Below the pieces are notes generated by a model, which saw only the letters and a list, made by a program, of their open reading frames with translations, was not told the origin of the DNA and did no database searches. DNA of 64,000 bases from IMG/VR virus record IMGVR_UViG_3300036398_004744, positions 2,574 through 66,573 of that record. One strand, written 5' to 3'. The translations under genes were made by a program, and so were the position numbers. Numbering within the stretch: position 1 is the stretch's first letter; every line of letters begins with the position of its first letter. The stretch comes from a virus. Below are positions 46,496 to 56,370 of the stretch, piece after piece.

Positions 46496-48432
46496 GCGTC
46501 GTCCGCACCCGCTATGCCAAGACCGGGGTGCGAAAGAAGAAGCGCTCCGAGGTGACGCCAGAGGAGTCGGCATCGATCGAGCAGGCACTCGACGGACGGC
46601 AGTATCTCGAGCATGCCTATGCGATGAGAGAGGCCCACCAGAAGACCGGAGACCTGTTTGGACCGACCGAGTATCTGCTTCGCTACTGTGTGAAGAACCC
46701 GCCAAAGGAACAGATCCGCCTCGCCAGCCACGAGTGCGAGTATCTCATCTGGAGATACATCCAGAAACTTCTTGATCTCGACCAGTATCAGGCGGCGGCC
46801 ATCGTCTGCTGGGGGCCAGAGCTCTTCACGCCAGAGCCGCACTGCACGAAGCTGGTGTGGAACGGACTCAGAGACCATGCCAAGAACCTGATCATGGGAG
46901 GAGGATCGCTCTCCAAGTCGTATTCCGGTGCCGTGTTCTTTGGCCTCGATTTTCTTCGCGATCCCGAGTGGACCTGCATCAAGGTCATGTCGGTCACCCG
47001 GCAGCACGCGGTCACCAACGTCTTCGCGCACATCAAGAACCTGCTCGCCAACGTCCTCGTTCCTGTCCCGAATCTCTCGATCAAGGCCGAGTCAGTCAGG
47101 GTCAACAACGACGACAAGCAGGGAATCCATCTCACCTCGATCCCGATGGGAGACGACGGCAAGGGACGCCTGCGAGGCTTTCACCCGGTTCCTCGTCCAG
47201 TCCCTCATCCGCGGTTTGGCAAGCTCAGTCGCATCGCCCTGATTCTTGACGAGGCAGAGGAGATTCCAGAGGGCGTTTGGGAGGATGTCAACAACGTGCT
47301 CCTGACTGAAGAAGCAGACAACAGCCACGTCAGGGTGTTTGCCGCCACGAACCCCAAGGACCGCAACAGCAAGTTCGGAGTCCTGGCAGAACCCAAGAGA
47401 GGATGGGCATCGATCGACATCGACGTCGACGAGACCTGGGAATCTGGCCGGGGATACAACGTCATCCGACTCGACGGGGCCAAGTGCGAGAACGTCACCG
47501 AGAAAAAAGTCATCTATCCTGGCCTGCAGACCTGGGAGGGATTCGAGCGACTTCTCAAGCTCGGGTCTGACAACCCAGAGTATTTCACAATGGCGAGGGG
47601 ATGGTTCCCCGAGTCGTCTGCCTCGGTCGTCATCGTCAACGAGTCGATGTTCGAGAGGGCCAAGGGTCTCTATACCTTCTCAGGCCCGACAGTCATGGCA
47701 GCCGGGATCGACCTCGCCTTCGAGGGCAATGACCTTGCCTTCTTCACGGCCGCAAGATTCGGCCAGGCGATCGGATGGACAGACATGCAGGGTTCGTTCC
47801 AGCGCTTCAAGTCTGAGCGCCGCGTCATCCAGGTCGAGCAGCAGATCAGTCTCGACAAGAGAGACACGATCGAGCAGACCAGGGCGATCATCCGCCTGAG
47901 CAATGACATGGGAGTCAAGCCCAGGTGGCTCGCGGTCGATCGGACCGGCAACGGCACCGGAGTCCATGATGCCCTCAAGTCGATGTTCGGTCCCGATGTC
48001 TTCGGGGTCATGTTCAGCTGGGCTGCCTCAGACACTCGCATTCTTGACGACGACTCAGAGACCTGCGCCGAGCGCTACAATGACGTCGTGACCGAGATGG
48101 CGTTCAGTGTCCGCAAGTTCATCGAGACAGACCTTCTCAAGCTCAACCCGGGAATCAACTGGAACCAGCTCGGCCGCGAGACGGTCACTCGTCGCTACAC
48201 GCAGGTCGGCCGCGGTGTCCTCAGACTCGAGCCCAAGAAAGACTTCAAGAAGCGCCACAATGACGTCTCGCCTGACCGCTTCGACAGCCTGCTTGTCGCA
48301 GTTCACGCGATCCGCATGAACGGCGGCATCTCTGGCCGCATGGTCGAGGAGGCGCGCGTGCCGGCACCGAGACCAGAGCGCGTCGAGCACGGAATCGTCG
48401 ACCAGCTCGACTTCATCGACATGACCGACTAG
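46492..48432 (+). CDS. terL: terminase large subunit
   Basis: Atypical Walker A GGGSLSKS, Walker B ILDEAE, ATNP, and nuclease motifs GIDLA, VDRTG.G and SPDRFD. Confidence 0.9.
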   Translation: MSVVRTRYAKTGVRKKKRSEVTPEESASIEQALDGRQYLEHAYAMREAHQKTGDLFGPTEYLLRYCVKNPPKEQIRLASHECEYLIWRYIQKLLDLDQYQAAAIVCWGPELFTPEPHCTKLVWNGLRDHAKNLIMGGGSLSKSYSGAVFFGLDFLRDPEWTCIKVMSVTRQHAVTNVFAHIKNLLANVLVPVPNLSIKAESVRVNNDDKQGIHLTSIPMGDDGKGRLRGFHPVPRPVPHPRFGKLSRIALILDEAEEIPEGVWEDVNNVLLTEEADNSHVRVFAATNPKDRNSKFGVLAEPKRGWASIDIDVDETWESGRGYNVIRLDGAKCENVTEKKVIYPGLQTWEGFERLLKLGSDNPEYFTMARGWFPESSASVVIVNESMFERAKGLYTFSGPTVMAAGIDLAFEGNDLAFFTAARFGQAIGWTDMQGSFQRFKSERRVIQVEQQISLDKRDTIEQTRAIIRLSNDMGVKPRWLAVDRTGNGTGVHDALKSMFGPDVFGVMFSWAASDTRILDDDSETCAERYNDVVTEMAFSVRKFIETDLLKLNPGINWNQLGRETVTRRYTQVGRGVLRLEPKKDFKKRHNDVSPDRFDSLLVAVHAIRMNGGISGRMVEEARVPAPRPERVEHGIVDQLDFIDMTD

Positions 48433-48433
48433 C

Positions 48434-49033
48434 ATGAATGTGATCGAATCCATGGTGATGCCCGGAGGATGGCACAAGCCCGAGAAGGACCGTCTCGGCC
48501 GCGACATGCCCGAGCCCATCCGTGCCCCGACCTATCGAGCCCTCATCGATGCCGTGATCAAGTTCAGGGCCGACAACGTCATTCCGATCGGAGACGTCAG
48601 GGCCGAGATCGACGAATACATCTGCAAGAATTTCCCGCGCATGTGCCACCAGTTCGAGGGAGTGGCCCGGATCGAGGTCGCGCATTCCGTGTCGCCGATC
48701 CGCACTCTCACAGACGAGATGATCCAGACGATGGACAGGCAGATCCAGGATCACTCGACCGAGAATCTCGAGCTGAAGCAGGAGGCGCAGAGACGCGCCA
48801 ATGTCTGTGCGGGCTGCAGGTTCAACGTCAGGTGGAACAGCAACTGCGGCTCCTGCGTCGAGGCCGTGAACCGCATGTCGGCGATCCTGCGAGCGGGTCA
48901 GACAGTCCACCATGAGCGAGAACTTCGCGCCTGCCAGATCCTGCGCCACGAGAACAGGTCTGCCGTGTGGCTGCGCATGGACAAGATCGGCACGAGTCCA
49001 GATCTTCCTGGATACTGCTGGGCGAGGCGATGA
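48434..49033 (+). CDS. Cys-rich hypothetical protein
   Basis: RRANVCAGC..N, CGSC, AC and CW motifs. Confidence 0.7.
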   Translation: MNVIESMVMPGGWHKPEKDRLGRDMPEPIRAPTYRALIDAVIKFRADNVIPIGDVRAEIDEYICKNFPRMCHQFEGVARIEVAHSVSPIRTLTDEMIQTMDRQIQDHSTENLELKQEAQRRANVCAGCRFNVRWNSNCGSCVEAVNRMSAILRAGQTVHHERELRACQILRHENRSAVWLRMDKIGTSPDLPGYCWARR

Positions 49034-49281
49034 GTTGCAAGAGGTGCCGCATGGAGATCACGACCAAGGGAATCAAGAACTTTGCCGGAGCCGTCGGGAG
49101 AGCCGCCGAGCGTGTCGCTCGCAGGGAGATCCTGCTTGTCGATAGTTCTACGAAGAAAAAAAGGCTGTCTGTCTGCGATCAGTGCGAGTATCGATCGGAC
49201 ATGCAATGCTCGGTCTGCGAGTGTTTTATCCTTGCCAAGACCATGCTAGCTTCTGAATCCTGCCCGAAGGGAAAATGGTGA
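49030..49281 (+). CDS. small Cys-rich (DUF6171-like) protein
   Basis: RLSVCDQC...CSVCECF...K.....CPKGKW; start ATG 49030. Confidence 0.7.
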   Translation: MSCKRCRMEITTKGIKNFAGAVGRAAERVARREILLVDSSTKKKRLSVCDQCEYRSDMQCSVCECFILAKTMLASESCPKGKW

Positions 49282-49284
49282 ACA

Positions 49285-51573
49285 ATGCCAAACGACGCTT
49301 CAACAGCCGATATAGTCGACCCGCAGACGGGGTCCGTGCTTCCGGCAGTCCTGACCTTCGATCAGGCCTATCAGACCTACAAAAACTTCACGCAGGACAA
49401 CCGGGAGCGCAACAACAAGAACGCGGCGATCGCTCGCAAGATCAACGGCGAGCAGCCGTGGAATCCGCGCAAGCTGCGAGGCGCGGGGCAATCCTGGCGG
49501 AGCAATCGGCCCACGGGATTCATGTCATCCCTGATCAAGCGTCTGACTCCTCCATACCGGCAGGTGGTCGACCAGCTCCCCCTCTTGACCTACAGCCGCT
49601 TTCCGAACGAAGCTTCCGGAACCGAAGCCTTGGAGGATACTTTCCGAACGGCAATCACGGACTGCATTCGTAAGTGGACAGGGTGGCCTGATTTCCTCTC
49701 TCAGCTCATCGACGAGAACCTGACCTACGGCTATGCCGCAGTCGGTCGGGAAGACGAGTTCACCTGGAAGCCGAAGATGTATCGGTCCGACGAGGCCCTG
49801 TTCTACGTCGGCTGCCCGCAGGAATCCAATCGAGTAAAGATCTGGGGCCTCAAGGAGGATTTCTTTGTCGACGACATCGTTGACACGATCCGTGATCCCG
49901 AAGTCGCCTCTCTTGCCGGCTGGCGCGTCGAGAATCTTGTCAAGAAGCTCAACACGTCGACCAAGCAGTTCGAGGACCGGGCCAACACCGAGAACGAGCG
50001 AGTCTACGAGGACCTGATCCGCGAAAACAACCTCGCCAGCAGCTTCACCTCGTCAATCCGCGTCGTCAAGGCCGGCCACATCTTCGCGACCAACCCGGCC
50101 GGCGGCGTCGATCACTACATCTTTGACCGCGAGGACGGCGTCCCGCTGTTCTTCCGCCGTGCTCGCTATGACAAGATGGAGCAGTGTCTGAGTCTTTTCT
50201 CTGCCGAGGTCGGTGACCGCACGCTCCATGGTTCTCGCGGAGCGGGCCGCGCACTCTACAACACGCACGTCTCGGTCGAGCAGGCGCGCAACCTCATCCA
50301 GGACGCCCTTCACCTCTCTGGCCTGATGGTCCTGCGCCGCACGAGCAGAGCCGGTGCCGGTTCTGTGGAAACCCCGAGTCTCACCGTCAACCATCCGTTT
50401 GCGATCGTCGGCGAGGGCTACGAGGTTCTTGAGAAGGTTTCCTTCGAGATCAATTCGGAGGCGTTCTTTGCACTCGACCGCCACGCGACGATGCAGGCCG
50501 AGATCGCGGTCGGCGCCTTCATGCCCGGACAGATTCTTGACCAGCAGGGACAGCGCCGCACGGCGTCAGAGGTGAACTACACGGCCTCGATCGACGCGCA
50601 GATCCGCGCCGGGATGCTGTCTCGCTTCGCCGACCAGATGTTTGCCCTCATCGACCAGCTGCAGCGCCGCATCTGCCGTGCCGACATTCTTCAGTTTTCA
50701 AACCAGGTCATGATCGAGTCAAGACAGACCGGTCTGACCCCGATCTTTGACATCGAGACCTGGACGTCTCTTGAGTCCGTCGGAGAGTCTGCCATGTATT
50801 TCTTTGTTGAGATTCCACGGTCGCTCGACACCGATGCCGTCGAGGCAGTCCTCGAGATGCTGGAAAAGGGAATGACCGTCTCGCAGATCGCGATTCTTGC
50901 CAACTCGTCGAGCCGCGCGAGCGTCGAGGATGCCATCGCGTCTCAGTCCGGTGTCCTCGAGATGATCGTGAGCCGCTATTCCGCAGACCCGACCATCGAC
51001 ACGGTCGAGCTCAAGCGCCGTGACATCGCCTCCAAGCTCGGAGGAGCGGCCGCCGAGCGCCTGCTCAACGTGGATCTCAGTCCCCTTTCTGCCCTCAAGC
51101 AGCACCGCCAGCAGCTCATCGAGCTGACCACTCTTCTCAACGGGACTCCCGTGCCAGTCGACACCACCGACGACGACATGGTCCATCTCAACACGATGCT
51201 GAGCCGGCTCGCCCCGCTCCTGTCTTCTGAGATGCCGCTCGACTCCAGCGCCCAGATGCTCGAGGTCGCCCTGCAGCACGCCGACCAGCACGTCCAGTCT
51301 GCCCTCCAGAAGGGAATCAAGCCCGCCATGCTCTCAGAGATCACTGGAATTCTCGAGGAGGCGCGTGCCCTGATCCAGGGTCCCACGACCGAGGGGCGTG
51401 CCGCCGCGGCCGTCGCGCCCGCGACCTCTCCGGGTGCGGCCCCGGTGACCTCCGTCTCTCCGTCTTCTGCCGCGCCCGCGGAGACCACGCCCTCCGGCGT
51501 GGCCGGAGGAATTCAGTCTGCCGTCGCTTCTGTCGCGTCGCCCGCGCGTCCCACCCCGCCCGCAGGAGGATGA
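49285..51573 (+). CDS. portal protein
   Basis: 762 aa following the terminase; RTASEV motif; helical C-terminus with DDD.VH. Confidence 0.8.
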   Translation: MPNDASTADIVDPQTGSVLPAVLTFDQAYQTYKNFTQDNRERNNKNAAIARKINGEQPWNPRKLRGAGQSWRSNRPTGFMSSLIKRLTPPYRQVVDQLPLLTYSRFPNEASGTEALEDTFRTAITDCIRKWTGWPDFLSQLIDENLTYGYAAVGREDEFTWKPKMYRSDEALFYVGCPQESNRVKIWGLKEDFFVDDIVDTIRDPEVASLAGWRVENLVKKLNTSTKQFEDRANTENERVYEDLIRENNLASSFTSSIRVVKAGHIFATNPAGGVDHYIFDREDGVPLFFRRARYDKMEQCLSLFSAEVGDRTLHGSRGAGRALYNTHVSVEQARNLIQDALHLSGLMVLRRTSRAGAGSVETPSLTVNHPFAIVGEGYEVLEKVSFEINSEAFFALDRHATMQAEIAVGAFMPGQILDQQGQRRTASEVNYTASIDAQIRAGMLSRFADQMFALIDQLQRRICRADILQFSNQVMIESRQTGLTPIFDIETWTSLESVGESAMYFFVEIPRSLDTDAVEAVLEMLEKGMTVSQIAILANSSSRASVEDAIASQSGVLEMIVSRYSADPTIDTVELKRRDIASKLGGAAAERLLNVDLSPLSALKQHRQQLIELTTLLNGTPVPVDTTDDDMVHLNTMLSRLAPLLSSEMPLDSSAQMLEVALQHADQHVQSALQKGIKPAMLSEITGILEEARALIQGPTTEGRAAAAVAPATSPGAAPVTSVSPSSAAPAETTPSGVAGGIQSAVASVASPARPTPPAGG

Positions 51574-51578
51574 ACTGA

Positions 51579-51845
51579 ATGAGCCCCGTTCCATGGTCTT
51601 CAGAGGACTCGACGTCCCTGCGTGAATTCTTCCGCCGTGTCCCGCGTGAACGAATTGCCGAGGTGATGCGAGACATGTGTCCGGCCGTCGTTGATGCCGA
51701 GACAGTTCTCAAGAATGACGCCGAGGCCGTCGCCCGAGTGGCCGCGATGCGTGCCGGCTGGGACGACTACGAGAGAAATTTCTTTGCGCTCGCCGACGTT
51801 CAGCGCCGCGAGCAGGTCAACCCCGAATACCGAGACATGACATGA
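51579..51845 (+). CDS. hypothetical protein
   Basis: 88-aa ORF after the portal. Confidence 0.6.
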   Translation: MSPVPWSSEDSTSLREFFRRVPRERIAEVMRDMCPAVVDAETVLKNDAEAVARVAAMRAGWDDYERNFFALADVQRREQVNPEYRDMT

Positions 51846-52015
51846 AAGGTGCCGACAAGGTAAAGAGCGCCGCCGCAGGCCTCTACGCAAACATTCACGC
51901 CAAGCGCCGCCGGATCAAGGCGGGTTCTGGCGAGCGGATGAGAAAGCCGGGATCAAAAAAGGCTCCCTCTGCCAAGGATTTTCGTGACTCGGCCAGGACG
52001 GCCAAAAAGAAATAA
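51842..52015 (+). CDS. small basic phage protein (not in ORF track)
   Basis: MKGADKVKSAAAGLYANIHAKRRRIKAGSGERMRKPGSKKAPSAKDF..., a motif recognisable from small phage proteins. Confidence 0.75.
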   Translation: MKGADKVKSAAAGLYANIHAKRRRIKAGSGERMRKPGSKKAPSAKDFRDSARTAKKK

Positions 52016-52020
52016 AGATT

Positions 52021-53313
52021 ATGTCAGCAGAAAAACCAGTGACCAGCGAGGGCGTGCCCCAGGAACTTGACCTCGGGCATGTCGAACCACCCACACAGGA
52101 CAACATGAACAGCCTCGACGAGGCGATGCGAGCGGCCGGAATTCTTGATCCGGGAGAAGAGATGCCCGAGACCTCGGCGGCCCCTCTGTCCGATGAGAAA
52201 CCGGCAGATCAGCCGCCCGCCGACGAGCCGCCCGTCGATGAAAAACCTGCCGACGAAAAGCCAGCCGAAGAAAAGGCCCCAGAGCCGTCTCCGGAGGACG
52301 TCGCGAGAGAACTCGAGCAGATCGATCTCGACGCGATTCAGCCGCCGGCAGACATCAGCCCCCGCAATCTTGTCAACTTCGACAAGCTGCGAGACGTCGC
52401 GCGTCATTTCAAGGCGCAGGCATCCCGTGCCGCGGAGATGGAGCAGCAGCTCGCCGAGGTCCAGAAGAACCAGGCACAGGTCCCCGACGAGGTGCTCAAC
52501 GAACTCACAGAACTCCGCCTCATGCGAAAACTCTGGGACACCGAGAACGACCCCGAGTTCAAGAGGCAGTTTGACGAGCAGATCGGCAACATCGACAACG
52601 ACGTTCTCGCCATCCTGCGCAAGAACGGCCTGCCAGAGGACACCGAGAAGCAGCTCAGACAGCTCGGCCTCGACAGGGTTTCTCCCAAGTGGTGGGAGGA
52701 TTCTGTCCTCGACAAGCTCTCGTTTGTCGATCAGGAGCGCATCCGCAAGCGTCTGGCCGAGCGTGCCGACCTGTCAGAGAACCGTTCCAAGACGATCGAG
52801 AAATTTCAGGCAGACCGCGAGGCCTACGGCCAGTATCTGCAGCAGCAACAGGAGCAGCAGCAGTATCAGGCCGAGCAGCAGATCTTCACGCACGTCGACC
52901 AGATGACTGAAAAGGTTCCGTGGGCGCGGTATCAGGAAATTCCTCCTGGCGCCAAGCCAGACGAGGCAAAGAGGATCACCGAGCACAACAAGACGGTCGA
53001 GGAACTCGAGACGCGTTTCCGCGAAGCCCTGTATCCGCAGACTCCGCAGGCGCGCGCCGAGGTCGCGGCAGCCGCCGTCGCGAGCGTCAAGCTCGCCGAG
53101 TCAGTCACTGATCTCGGGTCTCGTCTTCAGGCCGCCAACGAGCGCGCCGAGAAGGCAGAAAAGGCTCTTGAGGCAGTCCGAGCGGCCGGCAAGGCACCAT
53201 CTGCCCGCCAGGGCGGACGCAAGCCCGCCACCGAGTCGGCCGATCCCAACAAGCTCTCTGACGAGGATGCCATCGAGGTCGGCCTCATGGCCGCCGAGTC
53301 TGCCATGTCATGA
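52021..53313 (+). CDS. capsid scaffolding protein
   Basis: Acidic Pro-rich N-terminus with DEKPA-type repeats and coiled coils; lies between portal and capsid. Confidence 0.7.
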   Translation: MSAEKPVTSEGVPQELDLGHVEPPTQDNMNSLDEAMRAAGILDPGEEMPETSAAPLSDEKPADQPPADEPPVDEKPADEKPAEEKAPEPSPEDVARELEQIDLDAIQPPADISPRNLVNFDKLRDVARHFKAQASRAAEMEQQLAEVQKNQAQVPDEVLNELTELRLMRKLWDTENDPEFKRQFDEQIGNIDNDVLAILRKNGLPEDTEKQLRQLGLDRVSPKWWEDSVLDKLSFVDQERIRKRLAERADLSENRSKTIEKFQADREAYGQYLQQQQEQQQYQAEQQIFTHVDQMTEKVPWARYQEIPPGAKPDEAKRITEHNKTVEELETRFREALYPQTPQARAEVAAAAVASVKLAESVTDLGSRLQAANERAEKAEKALEAVRAAGKAPSARQGGRKPATESADPNKLSDEDAIEVGLMAAESAMS

Positions 53314-54137
53314 GCCACACCGGACGAATCGACGGGATCGACCCCGACGATCTCGATCTCGGGCCCACGACCGTCATCCAGACCCAGGCCCCGCTGGGCT
53401 GGAAGCAGGAGGCCGAGTGGCTGGGCCGGGATCTGTTTGTCGGCTTTCCGTGCTACAAGCAGACCAACCCGGCCACGGCCTGGTGTCTTCTCGCGATCGC
53501 GCTCGATCTCGGCAAGGAGAAGGTCAGGTTCGACATGCAGGTCGGCGACGCGATGATCTACCACGCCCGCAACGAGCTTGCCATGAAGTTTCTTGCGACC
53601 CAGGCCCAGTGGCTCCTGTTTCTCGACGACGACATGATTCCTCCGATCGGACGCCCAGATTTTCTTCGGGCTATGTGCCGACTGCCAGACTCGTATCCCA
53701 CGGCTCCCACGGCGCTCCACGTCGCGCACCGACTCATGGGCCATGGTGCCGACATCGTTGGAGCCACCTACTTCACCAGGCATCCCCGGGGACGCGCCGT
53801 CAACAGTCTGGCGCTCGACCAGACCTACCGGGCGAGGGCGGCCTCGTTCCACGATGGCACAATGCCCTGCGACTGGATCGGGACCGGATGTCTGCTCATC
53901 CACCGTCGGGTGTTCGAGACGATGCAGACCAAGTTTCCAGAGCTCAATCCGACCAACCCCGAGATGCCGTTCAACTTCTTCCAGCCAGAGAATGATGGCC
54001 GAGGAGAGGACATCGCCTTCTGTGCCAGGGCAAAAGAATGCGGATTCCAGCCGCATGTCGACACGATGCTTCACGCACTCCATGTCGGTCATGGGGTCTA
54101 TGGCATGCACACTTCAGCCCTTGACGAGGTCCTATGA
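53310..54137 (+). CDS. GT-A fold glycosyltransferase
   Basis: ARN, LFLDDD, GTGCLLI and GEDIAFC motifs. Confidence 0.85.
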   Translation: MSHTGRIDGIDPDDLDLGPTTVIQTQAPLGWKQEAEWLGRDLFVGFPCYKQTNPATAWCLLAIALDLGKEKVRFDMQVGDAMIYHARNELAMKFLATQAQWLLFLDDDMIPPIGRPDFLRAMCRLPDSYPTAPTALHVAHRLMGHGADIVGATYFTRHPRGRAVNSLALDQTYRARAASFHDGTMPCDWIGTGCLLIHRRVFETMQTKFPELNPTNPEMPFNFFQPENDGRGEDIAFCARAKECGFQPHVDTMLHALHVGHGVYGMHTSALDEVL

Positions 54138-54790
54138 AGATTCTGCCAAACAACATCGCTGTCATCGAGCACGACACCCACATCTCGGCGTGGGTCGAGC
54201 AGGCAGGTCGTCTCGACCACGACCAGTATGCTCTTCCGGTCATCCTCGAGCACATCAGGCCAGGAGACTGGGTCGTCGACGCCGGAGCCTTTATCGGAGA
54301 CCACACGAGAGCCTATCTCGACCGGGTCGGCCCAGACGGGCATGTCGTGGCCTTCGAGATCAATCCTGAGGCCCTCGAGTGTCTCGAGCACAACTGTCCA
54401 GAGGCGATCCTCGTGAAGGGAGGCCTCTCTGACCAGGAGCGGCTGATCGGCTATGCCCAGGCCCTCAATGCCGGAGCCGGGCACGTCGTTGAGACCCCGG
54501 GAGAGATCCACCTGATCCCGCTCGACGCGATCAACCTCGAGAGATGCGACTTCATCAAGCTCGACATCGAGGGATGCGAGCTCGAGGCACTTCATGGCGC
54601 CGTCGACACGATTCGCCGATGCCGCCCGTCCATGTGGATCGAGGTCAACAAGCACGCTCTCGAGAGGCGCGGCACCACGCCAGACCAGCTTCTTGAGTTC
54701 ATCGGGTCTCTCGGCTACACGACGAGGTCGTTTCCGCCCGAGCGAGGCCTCCAGTATGACATCCTATGCATCCCGTCGCCGACATCCTGA
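54134..54790 (+). CDS. FkbM-family methyltransferase
   Basis: VDAGAFIG.H, AFE and FIKLDIEGCE motifs. Confidence 0.9.
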   Translation: MKILPNNIAVIEHDTHISAWVEQAGRLDHDQYALPVILEHIRPGDWVVDAGAFIGDHTRAYLDRVGPDGHVVAFEINPEALECLEHNCPEAILVKGGLSDQERLIGYAQALNAGAGHVVETPGEIHLIPLDAINLERCDFIKLDIEGCELEALHGAVDTIRRCRPSMWIEVNKHALERRGTTPDQLLEFIGSLGYTTRSFPPERGLQYDILCIPSPTS

Positions 54791-55458
54791 TCAGGACCTA
54801 TCCTGGCGACTTCTGCTGGCTGTGGCACTGCCTCGACCAGATCAGACGTCACGCCAGGGGATTTCGAAAGGTGCACATCGTGGTGCCAGAGGGAGACTCA
54901 GGTCCTCTCCGACACCTGACCGAGGAGATCATCCATGAATGTCCCCGCTATCAGGACGACTATCTCGGGCAACAGATCACCAAGATGCTGGCCGACACGT
55001 TCACGGATGCCGATCTGGTCATGCACATGGATTCAGACGTCATGCTGACCAGAGAGACGTCGCCAGGTGATTTCATGGAAGACGGCCGGGTCGTCCTGTG
55101 TCACGAGTCCTATGAAAAGACGGGCAGCCCGTGGCAGCCGGTCGTGGCCGAGATTCTTGGATGGGCCCCAGAACATGAATTCATGCGCCGTCATCCCTTC
55201 ATGTATCCCAGGTGGCTCTACGGCGAGACGCGCCGGCTGATCGAGCAGATCCACGGGATGCCATTCGAGGAGTATGTCATCTCTCGTCCCCGCCGGAGTT
55301 TCAGCGAATTCAACGTGCTCGGAGCCGTCGCATGGAAGTATTTTTACGGCCAGTTTGTCTGGCGTCTTCCGGAGCAGGGGCGGGTCCATGCCCGCCAGTT
55401 CTGGAGCTGGGGAGGAATCGATGCGGCAAGGGCCGAACTCGAGGAGACACTGAAATGA
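54766..55458 (+). CDS. glycosyltransferase-like protein (DUF6492-like)
   Basis: YLGQQITK, MDSD (DxD) and FSEFNVLG motifs. Confidence 0.7.
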   Translation: MHPVADILIRTYPGDFCWLWHCLDQIRRHARGFRKVHIVVPEGDSGPLRHLTEEIIHECPRYQDDYLGQQITKMLADTFTDADLVMHMDSDVMLTRETSPGDFMEDGRVVLCHESYEKTGSPWQPVVAEILGWAPEHEFMRRHPFMYPRWLYGETRRLIEQIHGMPFEEYVISRPRRSFSEFNVLGAVAWKYFYGQFVWRLPEQGRVHARQFWSWGGIDAARAELEETLK

Positions 55459-56207
55459 GCCGCCTTCTCTACATTCTTCAGGTCTGGCACGGCGACGTCG
55501 ACATGGCAACCGAGGTGGCAAGACTCCACGCCGAGATCACCGACGGAACCCCGTATCAGGACGTCGACGCCATGCTCGTCTACCGCAGGGACTGCCCGAG
55601 ACCGAGGGAGCTCGAGGAACTGCTGGGCAAATCTTTTTCAGTTGTTCGTCCGTATCGGTCGAGGCGCCATGAGACCGGATTTCCGGCGGGTCCCAACGGC
55701 GTCTGGTGCGACATGATGCAACACGTGGCCGCGATGCACCGGTCAAGCGAGTGGAACTATGACTGCGTCCTGACGACCGAGGCCGACGCGGTCCCGCTTG
55801 TCCGCGACTGGCCGCAGAGACTTCTTGCCGCGTGGGACCGGGCCGAGTCCATGGTGGCTGGATGCTGGCATCCAAACGGCGAGCACCGGGTCGGGCACAT
55901 CAATGGCAATGCCCTGTTTGATCCGCTGACCGTGACGCTTGACCCGCGCCTCGCGGGGTGCAGCACGAGAGTCGCCTGGGACACCTACCTGGCAAACGTG
56001 TTTCATCAGCTCGGGTGGGAGGACATCCCAGAGATCAGAAATCTCTACCAGGCCCGGAACGTCGAGCCCTTTGTCTTTGAGCATCTCCTGAAGGACGACT
56101 GCGCGTGGCTCCATGGCGTGAAGGACTCAACCGCGCGCGACTGGGTGAGGCGGCGCCTGGTTTCTTCGCAGAAAAAAAGCTTTTCTATTCTCCCGCAGCG
56201 AGGATAA
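55455..56207 (+). CDS. glycosyltransferase-like protein
   Basis: Start ATG 55455; G.PAGPN, TEAD (ExD), HINGNA, AWD and HGVKD motifs. Confidence 0.65.
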   Translation: MSRLLYILQVWHGDVDMATEVARLHAEITDGTPYQDVDAMLVYRRDCPRPRELEELLGKSFSVVRPYRSRRHETGFPAGPNGVWCDMMQHVAAMHRSSEWNYDCVLTTEADAVPLVRDWPQRLLAAWDRAESMVAGCWHPNGEHRVGHINGNALFDPLTVTLDPRLAGCSTRVAWDTYLANVFHQLGWEDIPEIRNLYQARNVEPFVFEHLLKDDCAWLHGVKDSTARDWVRRRLVSSQKKSFSILPQRG

Positions 56208-56370
56208 CTTGCCCCTGCGATTGATCGCCGAAAGCGATCGGGGAGCCGCGGTCCAGCCGCTGCAAACAGGCCGCACACAGTCCTAACGTGCCGAGGACAG
56301 AGAGAACGACGACGCGTCTGAAGACACGTTGCCATTCAAACCTAAACCTCAGTTAGAAAGCACAAGCAAT

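Noticed and set aside
52190-52290. Short tandem repeats (DEKPA-type; also PA repeats at about 14510-14600)
   Set aside because: Low-complexity coding linkers without spacers; not an array.
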